Assembly (NCBI GenBank): GCA_002269645.1
Contig: NIVC01001977.1
Coordinates: 1 to 64,000 of the forward strand
Reading direction: 5' to 3'
Source of the DNA: Macrostomum lignano
Lineage: Eukaryota
Length of the DNA stretch: 64,000 nt
Of this stretch, positions 27,001 to 42,000 are shown piece by piece (position 1 is the stretch's first letter; each line of letters opens with the position of its first letter). The translations under genes and the position numbers were made by a program. Under the pieces are notes generated by a model. That model worked only from the letters and a program-made list of their open reading frames with translations. It was not told the DNA's origin and made no database searches.

Positions 27001-30000
27001 CACGCCGTGAGCGTATTTTCGAACGCCTGTGCATGCGCGAGACTGCTTGGTGTAGTTATTAGAAGGCAACTGCGCCTCTAGCTTAAACCGTGTCTATTTG
27101 TCTAAAGAAACTGACTGCGTGCAAAATACAAGTGCACGGAAGCAGAATAACACGCCGTGAGCGTATTTTCGAACGCCTGTGCATGCGCGAGACTGCTTGG
27201 TGTAGTTATTAGAAGGCAACTGCGCCTCTAGCTTAAACCGTGTCTATTTGTCTAAAGAAACTGACTGCGTGCAAAATACAAGTGCACGGAAGCAGAATAA
27301 CACGCCGTGAGCGTATTTTCGAACGCCTGTGCATGCGCGAGACTGCTTGGTGTAGTTATTAGAAGGCAACTGCGCCTCTAGCTTAAACCGTGTCTATTTG
27401 TCTAAAGAAACTGACTGCGTGCAAAATACAAGTGCACGGAAGCAGAATAACACGCCGTGAGCGTATTTTCGAACGCCTGTGCATGCGCGAGACTGCTTGG
27501 TGTAGTTATTAGAAGGCAACTGCGCCTCTAGCTTAAACCGTGTCTATTTGTCTAAAGAAACTGACTGCGTGCAAAATACAAGTGCACGGAAGCAGAATAA
27601 CACGCCGTGAGCGTATTTTCGAACGCCTGTGCATGCGCGAGACTGCTTGGTGTAGTTATTAGAAGGCAACTGCGCCTCTAGCTTAAACCGTGTCTATTTG
27701 TCTAAAGAAACTGACTGCGTGCAAAATACAAGTGCACGGAAGCAGAATAACACGCCGTGAGCGTATTTTCGAACGCCTGTGCATGCGCGAGACTGCTTGG
27801 TGTAGTTATTAGAAGGCAACTGCGCCTCTAGCTTAAACCGTGTCTATTTGTCTAAAGAAACTGACTGCGTGCAAAATACAAGTGCACGGAAGCAGAATAA
27901 CACGCCGTGAGCGTATTTTCGAACGCCTGTGCATGCGCGAGACTGCTTGGTGTAGTTATTAGAAGGCAACTGCGCCTCTAGCTTAAACCGTGTCTATTTG
28001 TCTAAAGAAACTGACTGCGTGCAAAATACAAGTGCACGGAAGCAGAATAACACGCCGTGAGCGTATTTTCGAACGCCTGTGCATGCGCGAGACTGCTTGG
28101 TGTAGTTATTAGAAGGCAACTGCGCCTCTAGCTTAAACCGTGTCTATTTGTCTAAAGAAACTGACTGCGTGCAAAATACAAGTGCACGGAAGCAGAATAA
28201 CACGCCGTGAGCGTATTTTCGAACGCCTGTGCATGCGCGAGACTGCTTGGTGTAGTTATTAGAAGGCAACTGCGCCTCTAGCTTAAACCGTGTCTATTTG
28301 TCTAAAGAAACTGACTGCGTGCAAAATACAAGTGCACGGAAGCAGAATAACACGCCGTGAGCGTATTTTCGAACGCCTGTGCATGCGCGAGACTGCTTGG
28401 TGTAGTTATTAGAAGGCAACTGCGCCTCTAGCTTAAACCGTGTCTATTTGTCTAAAGAAACTGACTGCGTGCAAAATACAAGTGCACGGAAGCAGAATAA
28501 CACGCCGTGAGCGTATTTTCGAACGCCTGTGCATGCGCGAGACTGCTTGGTGTAGTTATTAGAAGGCAACTGCGCCTCTAGCTTAAACCGTGTCTATTTG
28601 TCTAAAGAAACTGACTGCGTGCAAAATACAAGTGCACGGAAGCAGAATAACACGCCGTGAGCGTATTTTCGAACGCCTGTGCATGCGCGAGACTGCTTGG
28701 TGTAGTTATTAGAAGGCAACTGCGCCTCTAGCTTAAACCGTGTCTATTTGTCTAAAGAAACTGACTGCGTGCAAAATACAAGTGCACGGAAGCAGAATAA
28801 CACGCCGTGAGCGTATTTTCGAACGCCTGTGCATGCGCGAGACTGCTTGGTGTAGTTATTAGAAGGCAACTGCGCCTCTAGCTTAAACCGTGTCTATTTG
28901 TCTAAAGAAACTGACTGCGTGCAAAATACAAGTGCACGGAAGCAGAATAACACGCCGTGAGCGTATTTTCGAACGCCTGTGCATGCGCGAGACTGCTTGG
29001 TGTAGTTATTAGAAGGCAACTGCGCCTCTAGCTTAAACCGTGTCTATTTGTCTAAAGAAACTGACTGCGTGCAAAATACAAGTGCACGGAAGCAGAATAA
29101 CACGCCGTGAGCGTATTTTCGAACGCCTGTGCATGCGCGAGACTGCTTGGTGTAGTTATTAGAAGGCAACTGCGCCTCTAGCTTAAACCGTGTCTATTTG
29201 TCTAAAGAAACTGACTGCGTGCAAAATACAAGTGCACGGAAGCAGAATAACACGCCGTGAGCGTATTTTCGAACGCCTGTGCATGCGCGAGACTGCTTGG
29301 TGTAGTTATTAGAAGGCAACTGCGCCTCTAGCTTAAACCGTGTCTATTTGTCTAAAGAAACTGACTGCGTGCAAAATACAAGTGCACGGAAGCAGAATAA
29401 CACGCCGTGAGCGTATTTTCGAACGCCTGTGCATGCGCGAGACTGCTTGGTGTAGTTATTAGAAGGCAACTGCGCCTCTAGCTTAAACCGTGTCTATTTG
29501 TCTAAAGAAACTGACTGCGTGCAAAATACAAGTGCACGGAAGCAGAATAACACGCCGTGAGCGTATTTTCGAACGCCTGTGCATGCGCGAGACTGCTTGG
29601 TGTAGTTATTAGAAGGCAACTGCGCCTCTAGCTTAAACCGTGTCTATTTGTCTAAAGAAACTGACTGCGTGCAAAATACAAGTGCACGGAAGCAGAATAA
29701 CACGCCGTGAGCGTATTTTCGAACGCCTGTGCATGCGCGAGACTGCTTGGTGTAGTTATTAGAAGGCAACTGCGCCTCTAGCTTAAACCGTGTCTATTTG
29801 TCTAAAGAAACTGACTGCGTGCAAAATACAAGTGCACGGAAGCAGAATAACACGCCGTGAGCGTATTTTCGAACGCCTGTGCATGCGCGAGACTGCTTGG
29901 TGTAGTTATTAGAAGGCAACTGCGCCTCTAGCTTAAACCGTGTCTATTTGTCTAAAGAAACTGACTGCGTGCAAAATACAAGTGCACGGAAGCAGAATAA

Positions 30001-33000
30001 CACGCCGTGAGCGTATTTTCGAACGCCTGTGCATGCGCGAGACTGCTTGGTGTAGTTATTAGAAGGCAACTGCGCCTCTAGCTTAAACCGTGTCTATTTG
30101 TCTAAAGAAACTGACTGCGTGCAAAATACAAGTGCACGGAAGCAGAATAACACGCCGTGAGCGTATTTTCGAACGCCTGTGCATGCGCGAGACTGCTTGG
30201 TGTAGTTATTAGAAGGCAACTGCGCCTCTAGCTTAAACCGTGTCTATTTGTCTAAACCGTGTCTAAACTGACTGCGTGCAAAATACAAGTGCACGGAAGC
30301 AGAATAACACGCCGTGAGCGTATTTTCGAACGCCTGTGCATGCGCGTGCATGCGCGAGACTGCTTGGTGTAGTTATTAGAAGGCAACTGCGCCTCTAGCT
30401 TAAACCGTGTCTATTTGTCTAAAGAAACTGACTGCGTGCAAAATACAAGTGCACGGAAGCAGAATAACACGCCGTGAGCGTATTTTCGAACGCCTGTGCA
30501 TGCGCGAGACTGCTTGGTGTAGTTATTAGAAGGCAACTGCGCCTCTAGCTTAAACCGTGTCTATTTGTCTAAAGAAACTGACTGCGTGCAAAATACAAGT
30601 GCACGGAAGCAGAATAACACGCCGTGAGCGTATTTTCGAACGCCTGTGCATGCGCGAGACTGCTTGGTGTAGTTATTAGAAGGCAACTGCGCCTCTAGCT
30701 TAAACCGTGTCTATTTGTCTAAAGAAACTGACTGCGTGCAAAATACAAGTGCACGGAAGCAGAATAACACGCCGTGAGCGTATTTTCGAACGCCTGTGCA
30801 TGCGCGAGACTGCTTGGTGTAGTTATTAGAAGGCAACTGCGCCTCTAGCTTAAACCGTGTCTATTTGTCTAAAGAAACTGACTGCGTGCAAAATACAAGT
30901 GCACGGAAGCAGAATAACACGCCGTGAGCGTATTTTCGAACGCCTGTGCATGCGCGAGACTGCTTGGTGTAGTTATTAGAAGGCAACTGCGCCTCTAGCT
31001 TAAACCGTGTCTATTTGTCTAAAGAAACTGACTGCGTGCAAAATACAAGTGCACGGAAGCAGAATAACACGCCGTGAGCGTATTTTCGAACGCCTGTGCA
31101 TGCGCGAGACTGCTTGGTGTAGTTATTAGAAGGCAACTGCGCCTCTAGCTTAAACCGTGTCTATTTGTCTAAAGAAACTGACTGCGTGCAAAATACAAGT
31201 GCACGGAAGCAGAATAACACGCCGTGAGCGTATTTTCGAACGCCTGTGCATGCGCGAGACTGCTTGGTGTAGTTATTAGAAGGCAACTGCGCCTCTAGCT
31301 TAAACCGTGTCTATTTGTCTAAAGAAACTGACTGCGTGCAAAATACAAGTGCACGGAAGCAGAATAACACGCCGTGAGCGTATTTTCGAACGCCTGTGCA
31401 TGCGCGAGACTGCTTGGTGTAGTTATTAGAAGGCAACTGCGCCTCTAGCTTAAACCGTGTCTATTTGTCTAAAGAAACTGACTGCGTGCAAAATACAAGT
31501 GCACGGAAGCAGAATAACACGCCGTGAGCGTATTTTCGAACGCCTGTGCATGCGCGAGACTGCTTGGTGTAGTTATTAGAAGGCAACTGCGCCTCTAGCT
31601 TAAACCGTGTCTATTTGTCTAAAGAAACTGACTGCGTGCAAAATACAAGTGCACGGAAGCAGAATAACACGCCGTGAGCGTATTTTCGAACGCCTGTGCA
31701 TGCGCGAGACTGCTTGGTGTAGTTATTAGAAGGCAACTGCGCCTCTAGCTTAAACCGTGTCTATTTGTCTAAAGAAACTGACTGCGTGCAAAATACAAGT
31801 GCACGGAAGCAGAATAACACGCCGTGAGCGTATTTTCGAACGCCTGTGCATGCGCGAGACTGCTTGGTGTAGTTATTAGAAGGCAACTGCGCCTCTAGCT
31901 TAAACCGTGTCTATTTGTCTAAAGAAACTGACTGCGTGCAAAATACAAGTGCACGGAAGCAGAATAACACGCCGTGAGCGTATTTTCGAACGCCTGTGCA
32001 TGCGCGAGACTGCTTGGTGTAGTTATTAGAAGGCAACTGCGCCTCTAGCTTAAACCGTGTCTATTTGTCTAAAGAAACTGACTGCGTGCAAAATACAAGT
32101 GCACGGAAGCAGAATAACACGCCGTGAGCGTATTTTCGAACGCCTGTGCATGCGCGAGACTGCTTGGTGTAGTTATTAGAAGGCAACTGCGCCTCTAGCT
32201 TAAACCGTGTCTATTTGTCTAAAGAAACTGACTGCGTGCAAAATACAAGTGCACGGAAGCAGAATAACACGCCGTGAGCGTATTTTCGAACGCCTGTGCA
32301 TGCGCGAGACTGCTTGGTGTAGTTATTAGAAGGCAACTGCGCCTCTAGCTTAAACCGTGTCTATTTGTCTAAAGAAACTGACTGCGTGCAAAATACAAGT
32401 GCACGGAAGCAGAATAACACGCCGTGAGCGTATTTTCGAACGCCTGTGCATGCGCGAGACTGCTTGGTGTAGTTATTAGAAGGCAACTGCGCCTCTAGCT
32501 TAAACCGTGTCTATTTGTCTAAAGAAACTGACTGCGTGCAAAATACAAGTGCACGGAAGCAGAATAACACGCCGTGAGCGTATTTTCGAACGCCTGTGCA
32601 TGCGCGAGACTGCTTGGTGTAGTTATTAGAAGGCAACTGCGCCTCTAGCTTAAACCGTGTCTATTTGTCTAAAGAAACTGACTGCGTGCAAAATACAAGT
32701 GCACGGAAGCAGAATAACACGCCGTGAGCGTATTTTCGAACGCCTGTGCATGCGCGAGACTGCTTGGTGTAGTTATTAGAAGGCAACTGCGCCTCTAGCT
32801 TAAACCGTGTCTATTTGTCTAAAGAAACTGACTGCGTGCAAAATACAAGTGCACGGAAGCAGAATAACACGCCGTGAGCGTATTTTCGAACGCCTGTGCA
32901 TGCGCGAGACTGCTTGGTGTAGTTATTAGAAGGCAACTGCGCCTCTAGCTTAAACCGTGTCTATTTGTCTAAAGAAACTGACTGCGTGCAAAATACAAGT

Positions 33001-36000
33001 GCACGGAAGCAGAATAACACGCCGTGAGCGTATTTTCGAACGCCTGTGCATGCGCGAGACTGCTTGGTGTAGTTATTAGAAGGCAACTGCGCCTCTAGCT
33101 TAAACCGTGTCTATTTGTCTAAAGAAACTGACTGCGTGCAAAATACAAGTGCACGGAAGCAGAATAACACGCCGTGAGCGTATTTTCGAACGCCTGTGCA
33201 TGCGCGAGACTGCTTGGTGTAGTTATTAGAAGGCAACTGCGCCTCTAGCTTAAACCGTGTCTATTTGTCTAAAGAAACTGACTGCGTGCAAAATACAAGT
33301 GCACGGAAGCAGAATAACACGCCGTGAGCGTATTTTCGAACGCCTGTGCATGCGCGAGACTGCTTGGTGTAGTTATTAGAAGGCAACTGCGCCTCTAGCT
33401 TAAACCGTGTCTATTTGTCTAAAGAAACTGACTGCGTGCAAAATACAAGTGCACGGAAGCAGAATAACACGCCGTGAGCGTATTTTCGAACGCCTGTGCA
33501 TGCGCGAGACTGCTTGGTGTAGTTATTAGAAGGCAACTGCGCCTCTAGCTTAAACCGTGTCTATTTGTCTAAAGAAACTGACTGCGTGCAAAATACAAGT
33601 GCACGGAAGCAGAATAACACGCCGTGAGCGTATTTTCGAACGCCTGTGCATGCGCGAGACTGCTTGGTGTAGTTATTAGAAGGCAACTGCGCCTCTAGCT
33701 TAAACCGTGTCTATTTGTCTAAAGAAACTGACTGCGTGCAAAATACAAGTGCACGGAAGCAGAATAACACGCCGTGAGCGTATTTTCGAACGCCTGTGCA
33801 TGCGCGAGACTGCTTGGTGTAGTTATTAGAAGGCAACTGCGCCTCTAGCTTAAACCGTGTCTATTTGTCTAAAGAAACTGACTGCGTGCAAAATACAAGT
33901 GCACGGAAGCAGAATAACACGCCGTGAGCGTATTTTCGAACGCCTGTGCATGCGCGAGACTGCTTGGTGTAGTTATTAGAAGGCAACTGCGCCTCTAGCT
34001 TAAACCGTGTCTATTTGTCTAAAGAAACTGACTGCGTGCAAAATACAAGTGCACGGAAGCAGAATAACACGCCGTGAGCGTATTTTCGAACGCCTGTGCA
34101 TGCGCGAGACTGCTTGGTGTAGTTATTAGAAGGCAACTGCGCCTCTAGCTTAAACCGTGTCTATTTGTCTAAAGAAACTGACTGCGTGCAAAATACAAGT
34201 GCACGGAAGCAGAATAACACGCCGTGAGCGTATTTTCGAACGCCTGTGCATGCGCGAGACTGCTTGGTGTAGTTATTAGAAGGCAACTGCGCCTCTAGCT
34301 TAAACCGTGTCTATTTGTCTAAAGAAACTGACTGCGTGCAAAATACAAGTGCACGGAAGCAGAATAACACGCCGTGAGCGTATTTTCGAACGCCTGTGCA
34401 TGCGCGAGACTGCTTGGTGTAGTTATTAGAAGGCAACTGCGCCTCTAGCTTAAACCGTGTCTATTTGTCTAAAGAAACTGACTGCGTGCAAAATACAAGT
34501 GCACGGAAGCAGAATAACACGCCGTGAGCGTATTTTCGAACGCCTGTGCATGCGCGAGACTGCTTGGTGTAGTTATTAGAAGGCAACTGCGCCTCTAGCT
34601 TAAACCGTGTCTATTTGTCTAAAGAAACTGACTGCGTGCAAAATACAAGTGCACGGAAGCAGAATAACACGCCGTGAGCGTATTTTCGAACGCCTGTGCA
34701 TGCGCGAGACTGCTTGGTGTAGTTATTAGAAGGCAACTGCGCCTCTAGCTTAAACCGTGTCTATTTGTCTAAAGAAACTGACTGCGTGCAAAATACAAGT
34801 GCACGGAAGCAGAATAACACGCCGTGAGCGTATTTTCGAACGCCTGTGCATGCGCGAGACTGCTTGGTGTAGTTATTAGAAGGCAACTGCGCCTCTAGCT
34901 TAAACCGTGTCTATTTGTCTAAAGAAACTGACTGCGTGCAAAATACAAGTGCACGGAAGCAGAATAACACGCCGTGAGCGTATTTTCGAACGCCTGTGCA
35001 TGCGCGAGACTGCTTGGTGTAGTTATTAGAAGGCAACTGCGCCTCTAGCTTAAACCGTGTCTATTTGTCTAAAGAAACTGACTGCGTGCAAAATACAAGT
35101 GCACGGAAGCAGAATAACACGCCGTGAGCGTATTTTCGAACGCCTGTGCATGCGCGAGACTGCTTGGTGTAGTTATTAGAAGGCAACTGCGCCTCTAGCT
35201 TAAACCGTGTCTATTTGTCTAAAGAAACTGACTGCGTGCAAAATACAAGTGCACGGAAGCAGAATAACACGCCGTGAGCGTATTTTCGAACGCCTGTGCA
35301 TGCGCGAGACTGCTTGGTGTAGTTATTAGAAGGCAACTGCGCCTCTAGCTTAAACCGTGTCTATTTGTCTAAAGAAACTGACTGCGTGCAAAATACAAGT
35401 GCACGGAAGCAGAATAACACGCCGTGAGCGTATTTTCGAACGCCTGTGCATGCGCGAGACTGCTTGGTGTAGTTATTAGAAGGCAACTGCGCCTCTAGCT
35501 TAAACCGTGTCTATTTGTCTAAAGAAACTGACTGCGTGCAAAATACAAGTGCACGGAAGCAGAATAACACGCCGTGAGCGTATTTTCGAACGCCTGTGCA
35601 TGCGCGAGACTGCTTGGTGTAGTTATTAGAAGGCAACTGCGCCTCTAGCTTAAACCGTGTCTATTTGTCTAAAGAAACTGACTGCGTGCAAAATACAAGT
35701 GCACGGAAGCAGAATAACACGCCGTGAGCGTATTTTCGAACGCCTGTGCATGCGCGAGACTGCTTGGTGTAGTTATTAGAAGGCAACTGCGCCTCTAGCT
35801 TAAACCGTGTCTATTTGTCTAAAGAAACTGACTGCGTGCAAAATACAAGTGCACGGAAGCAGAATAACACGCCGTGAGCGTATTTTCGAACGCCTGTGCA
35901 TGCGCGAGACTGCTTGGTGTAGTTATTAGAAGGCAACTGCGCCTCTAGCTTAAACCGTGTCTATTTGTCTAAAGAAACTGACTGCGTGCAAAATACAAGT

Positions 36001-39000
36001 GCACGGAAGCAGAATAACACGCCGTGAGCGTATTTTCGAACGCCTGTGCATGCGCGAGACTGCTTGGTGTAGTTATTAGAAGGCAACTGCGCCTCTAGCT
36101 TAAACCGTGTCTATTTGTCTAAAGAAACTGACTGCGTGCAAAATACAAGTGCACGGAAGCAGAATAACACGCCGTGAGCGTATTTTCGAACGCCTGTGCA
36201 TGCGCGAGACTGCTTGGTGTAGTTATTAGAAGGCAACTGCGCCTCTAGCTTAAACCGTGTCTATTTGTCTAAAGAAACTGACTGCGTGCAAAATACAAGT
36301 GCACGGAAGCAGAATAACACGCCGTGAGCGTATTTTCGAACGCCTGTGCATGCGCGAGACTGCTTGGTGTAGTTATTAGAAGGCAACTGCGCCTCTAGCT
36401 TAAACCGTGTCTATTTGTCTAAAGAAACTGACTGCGTGCAAAATACAAGTGCACGGAAGCAGAATAACACGCCGTGAGCGTATTTTCGAACGCCTGTGCA
36501 TGCGCGAGACTGCTTGGTGTAGTTATTAGAAGGCAACTGCGCCTCTAGCTTAAACCGTGTCTATTTGTCTAAAGAAACTGACTGCGTGCAAAATACAAGT
36601 GCACGGAAGCAGAATAACACGCCGTGAGCGTATTTTCGAACGCCTGTGCATGCGCGAGACTGCTTGGTGTAGTTATTAGAAGGCAACTGCGCCTCTAGCT
36701 TAAACCGTGTCTATTTGTCTAAAGAAACTGACTGCGTGCAAAATACAAGTGCACGGAAGCAGAATAACACGCCGTGAGCGTATTTTCGAACGCCTGTGCA
36801 TGCGCGAGACTGCTTGGTGTAGTTATTAGAAGGCAACTGCGCCTCTAGCTTAAACCGTGTCTATTTGTCTAAAGAAACTGACTGCGTGCAAAATACAAGT
36901 GCACGGAAGCAGAATAACACGCCGTGAGCGTATTTTCGAACGCCTGTGCATGCGCGAGACTGCTTGGTGTAGTTATTAGAAGGCAACTGCGCCTCTAGCT
37001 TAAACCGTGTCTATTTGTCTAAAGAAACTGACTGCGTGCAAAATACAAGTGCACGGAAGCAGAATAACACGCCGTGAGCGTATTTTCGAACGCCTGTGCA
37101 TGCGCGAGACTGCTTGGTGTAGTTATTAGAAGGCAACTGCGCCTCTAGCTTAAACCGTGTCTATTTGTCTAAAGAAACTGACTGCGTGCAAAATACAAGT
37201 GCACGGAAGCAGAATAACACGCCGTGAGCGTATTTTCGAACGCCTGTGCATGCGCGAGACTGCTTGGTGTAGTTATTAGAAGGCAACTGCGCCTCTAGCT
37301 TAAACCGTGTCTATTTGTCTAAAGAAACTGACTGCGTGCAAAATACAAGTGCACGGAAGCAGAATAACACGCCGTGAGCGTATTTTCGAACGCCTGTGCA
37401 TGCGCGAGACTGCTTGGTGTAGTTATTAGAAGGCAACTGCGCCTCTAGCTTAAACCGTGTCTATTTGTCTAAAGAAACTGACTGCGTGCAAAATACAAGT
37501 GCACGGAAGCAGAATAACACGCCGTGAGCGTATTTTCGAACGCCTGTGCATGCGCGAGACTGCTTGGTGTAGTTATTAGAAGGCAACTGCGCCTCTAGCT
37601 TAAACCGTGTCTATTTGTCTAAAGAAACTGACTGCGTGCAAAATACAAGTGCACGGAAGCAGAATAACACGCCGTGAGCGTATTTTCGAACGCCTGTGCA
37701 TGCGCGAGACTGCTTGGTGTAGTTATTAGAAGGCAACTGCGCCTCTAGCTTAAACCGTGTCTATTTGTCTAAAGAAACTGACTGCGTGCAAAATACAAGT
37801 GCACGGAAGCAGAATAACACGCCGTGAGCGTATTTTCGAACGCCTGTGCATGCGCGAGACTGCTTGGTGTAGTTATTAGAAGGCAACTGCGCCTCTAGCT
37901 TAAACCGTGTCTATTTGTCTAAAGAAACTGACTGCGTGCAAAATACAAGTGCACGGAAGCAGAATAACACGCCGTGAGCGTATTTTCGAACGCCTGTGCA
38001 TGCGCGAGACTGCTTGGTGTAGTTATTAGAAGGCAACTGCGCCTCTAGCTTAAACCGTGTCTATTTGTCTAAAGAAACTGACTGCGTGCAAAATACAAGT
38101 GCACGGAAGCAGAATAACACGCCGTGAGCGTATTTTCGAACGCCTGTGCATGCGCGAGACTGCTTGGTGTAGTTATTAGAAGGCAACTGCGCCTCTAGCT
38201 TAAACCGTGTCTATTTGTCTAAAGAAACTGACTGCGTGCAAAATACAAGTGCACGGAAGCAGAATAACACGCCGTGAGCGTATTTTCGAACGCCTGTGCA
38301 TGCGCGAGACTGCTTGGTGTAGTTATTAGAAGGCAACTGCGCCTCTAGCTTAAACCGTGTCTATTTGTCTAAAGAAACTGACTGCGTGCAAAATACAAGT
38401 GCACGGAAGCAGAATAACACGCCGTGAGCGTATTTTCGAACGCCTGTGCATGCGCGAGACTGCTTGGTGTAGTTATTAGAAGGCAACTGCGCCTCTAGCT
38501 TAAACCGTGTCTATTTGTCTAAAGAAACTGACTGCGTGCAAAATACAAGTGCACGGAAGCAGAATAACACGCCGTGAGCGTATTTTCGAACGCCTGTGCA
38601 TGCGCGAGACTGCTTGGTGTAGTTATTAGAAGGCAACTGCGCCTCTAGCTTAAACCGTGTCTATTTGTCTAAAGAAACTGACTGCGTGCAAAATACAAGT
38701 GCACGGAAGCAGAATAACACGCCGTGAGCGTATTTTCGAACGCCTGTGCATGCGCGAGACTGCTTGGTGTAGTTATTAGAAGGCAACTGCGCCTCTAGCT
38801 TAAACCGTGTCTATTTGTCTAAAGAAACTGACTGCGTGCAAAATACAAGTGCACGGAAGCAGAATAACACGCCGTGAGCGTATTTTCGAACGCCTGTGCA
38901 TGCGCGAGACTGCTTGGTGTAGTTATTAGAAGGCAACTGCGCCTCTAGCTTAAACCGTGTCTATTTGTCTAAAGAAACTGACTGCGTGCAAAATACAAGT

Positions 39001-42000
39001 GCACGGAAGCAGAATAACACGCCGTGAGCGTATTTTCGAACGCCTGTGCATGCGCGAGACTGCTTGGTGTAGTTATTAGAAGGCAACTGCGCCTCTAGCT
39101 TAAACCGTGTCTATTTGTCTAAAGAAACTGACTGCGTGCAAAATACAAGTGCACGGAAGCAGAATAACACGCCGTGAGCGTATTTTCGAACGCCTGTGCA
39201 TGCGCGAGACTGCTTGGTGTAGTTATTAGAAGGCAACTGCGCCTCTAGCTTAAACCGTGTCTATTTGTCTAAAGAAACTGACTGCGTGCAAAATACAAGT
39301 GCACGGAAGCAGAATAACACGCCGTGAGCGTATTTTCGAACGCCTGTGCATGCGCGAGACTGCTTGGTGTAGTTATTAGAAGGCAACTGCGCCTCTAGCT
39401 TAAACCGTGTCTATTTGTCTAAAGAAACTGACTGCGTGCAAAATACAAGTGCACGGAAGCAGAATAACACGCCGTGAGCGTATTTTCGAACGCCTGTGCA
39501 TGCGCGAGACTGCTTGGTGTAGTTATTAGAAGGCAACTGCGCCTCTAGCTTAAACCGTGTCTATTTGTCTAAAGAAACTGACTGCGTGCAAAATACAAGT
39601 GCACGGAAGCAGAATAACACGCCGTGAGCGTATTTTCGAACGCCTGTGCATGCGCGAGACTGCTTGGTGTAGTTATTAGAAGGCAACTGCGCCTCTAGCT
39701 TAAACCGTGTCTATTTGTCTAAAGAAACTGACTGCGTGCAAAATACAAGTGCACGGAAGCAGAATAACACGCCGTGAGCGTATTTTCGAACGCCTGTGCA
39801 TGCGCGAGACTGCTTGGTGTAGTTATTAGAAGGCAACTGCGCCTCTAGCTTAAACCGTGTCTATTTGTCTAAAGAAACTGACTGCGTGCAAAATACAAGT
39901 GCACGGAAGCAGAATAACACGCCGTGAGCGTATTTTCGAACGCCTGTGCATGCGCGAGACTGCTTGGTGTAGTTATTAGAAGGCAACTGCGCCTCTAGCT
40001 TAAACCGTGTCTATTTGTCTAAAGAAACTGACTGCGTGCAAAATACAAGTGCACGGAAGCAGAATAACACGCCGTGAGCGTATTTTCGAACGCCTGTGCA
40101 TGCGCGAGACTGCTTGGTGTAGTTATTAGAAGGCAACTGCGCCTCTAGCTTAAACCGTGTCTATTTGTCTAAAGAAACTGACTGCGTGCAAAATACAAGT
40201 GCACGGAAGCAGAATAACACGCCGTGAGCGTATTTTCGAACGCCTGTGCATGCGCGAGACTGCTTGGTGTAGTTATTAGAAGGCAACTGCGCCTCTAGCT
40301 TAAACCGTGTCTATTTGTCTAAAGAAACTGACTGCGTGCAAAATACAAGTGCGGAAGCAGAATAACACGCCGTGAGCGTATTTTCGAACGCCTGTGCATG
40401 CGCGAGACTGCTTGGTGTAGTTATTAGAAGGCAACTGCGCCTCTAGCTTAAACCGTGTCTATTTGTCTAAAGAAACTGACTGCGTGCAAAATACAAGTGC
40501 ACGGAAGCAGAATAACACGCCGTGAGCGTATTTTCGAACGCCTGTGCATGCGCGAGACTGCTTGGTGTAGTTATTAGAAGGCAACTGCGCCTCTAGCTTA
40601 AACCGTGTCTATTTGTCTAAAGAAACTGACTGCGTGCAAAATACAAGTGCACGGAAGCAGAATAACACGCCGTGAGCGTATTTTCGAACGCCTGTGCATG
40701 CGCGAGACTGCTTGGTGTAGTTATTAGAAGGCAACTGCGCCTCTAGCTTAAACCGTGTCTATTTGTCTAAAGAAACTGACTGCGTGCAAAATACAAGTGC
40801 ACGGAAGCAGAATAACACGCCGTGAGCGTATTTTCGAACGCCTGTGCATGCGCGAGACTGCTTGGTGTAGTTATTAGAAGGCAACTGCGCCTCTAGCTTA
40901 AACCGTGTCTATTTGTCTAAAGAAACTGACTGCGTGCAAAATACAAGTGCACGGAAGCAGAATAACACGCCGTGAGCGTATTTTCGAACGCCTGTGCATG
41001 CGCGAGACTGCTTGGTGTAGTTATTAGAAGGCAACTGCGCCTCTAGCTTAAACCGTGTCTATTTGTCTAAAGAAACTGACTGCGTGCAAAATACAAGTGC
41101 ACGGAAGCAGAATAACACGCCGTGAGCGTATTTTCGAACGCCTGTGCATGCGCGAGACTGCTTGGTGTAGTTATTAGAAGGCAACTGCGCCTCTAGCTTA
41201 AACCGTGTCTATTTGTCTAAAGAAACTGACTGCGTGCAAAATACAAGTGCACGGAAGCAGAATAACACGCCGTGAGCGTATTTTCGAACGCCTGTGCATG
41301 CGCGAGACTGCTTGGTGTAGTTATTAGAAGGCAACTGCGCCTCTAGCTTAAACCGTGTCTATTTGTCTAAAGAAACTGACTGCGTGCAAAATACAAGTGC
41401 ACGGAAGCAGAATAACACGCCGTGAGCGTATTTTCGAACGCCTGTGCATGCGCGAGACTGCTTGGTGTAGTTATTAGAAGGCAACTGCGCCTCTAGCTTA
41501 AACCGTGTCTATTTGTCTAAAGAAACTGACTGCGTGCAAAATACAAGTGCACGGAAGCAGAATAACACGCCGTGAGCGTATTTTCGAACGCCTGTGCATG
41601 CGCGAGACTGCTTGGTGTAGTTATTAGAAGGCAACTGCGCCTCTAGCTTAAACCGTGTCTATTTGTCTAAAGAAACTGACTGCGTGCAAAATACAAGTGC
41701 ACGGAAGCAGAATAACACGCCGTGAGCGTATTTTCGAACGCCTGTGCATGCGCGAGACTGCTTGGTGTAGTTATTAGAAGGCAACTGCGCCTCTAGCTTA
41801 AACCGTGTCTATTTGTCTAAAGAAACTGACTGCGTGCAAAATACAAGTGCGCGGAAGCAGAATAACACGCCGTGAGCGTATTTTCGAACGCCTGTGCATG
41901 CGCGAGACTGCTTGGTGTAGTTATTAGAAGGCAACTGCGCCTCTAGCTTAAACCGTGTCTATTTGTCTAAAGAAACTGACTGCGTGCAAAATACAAGTGC

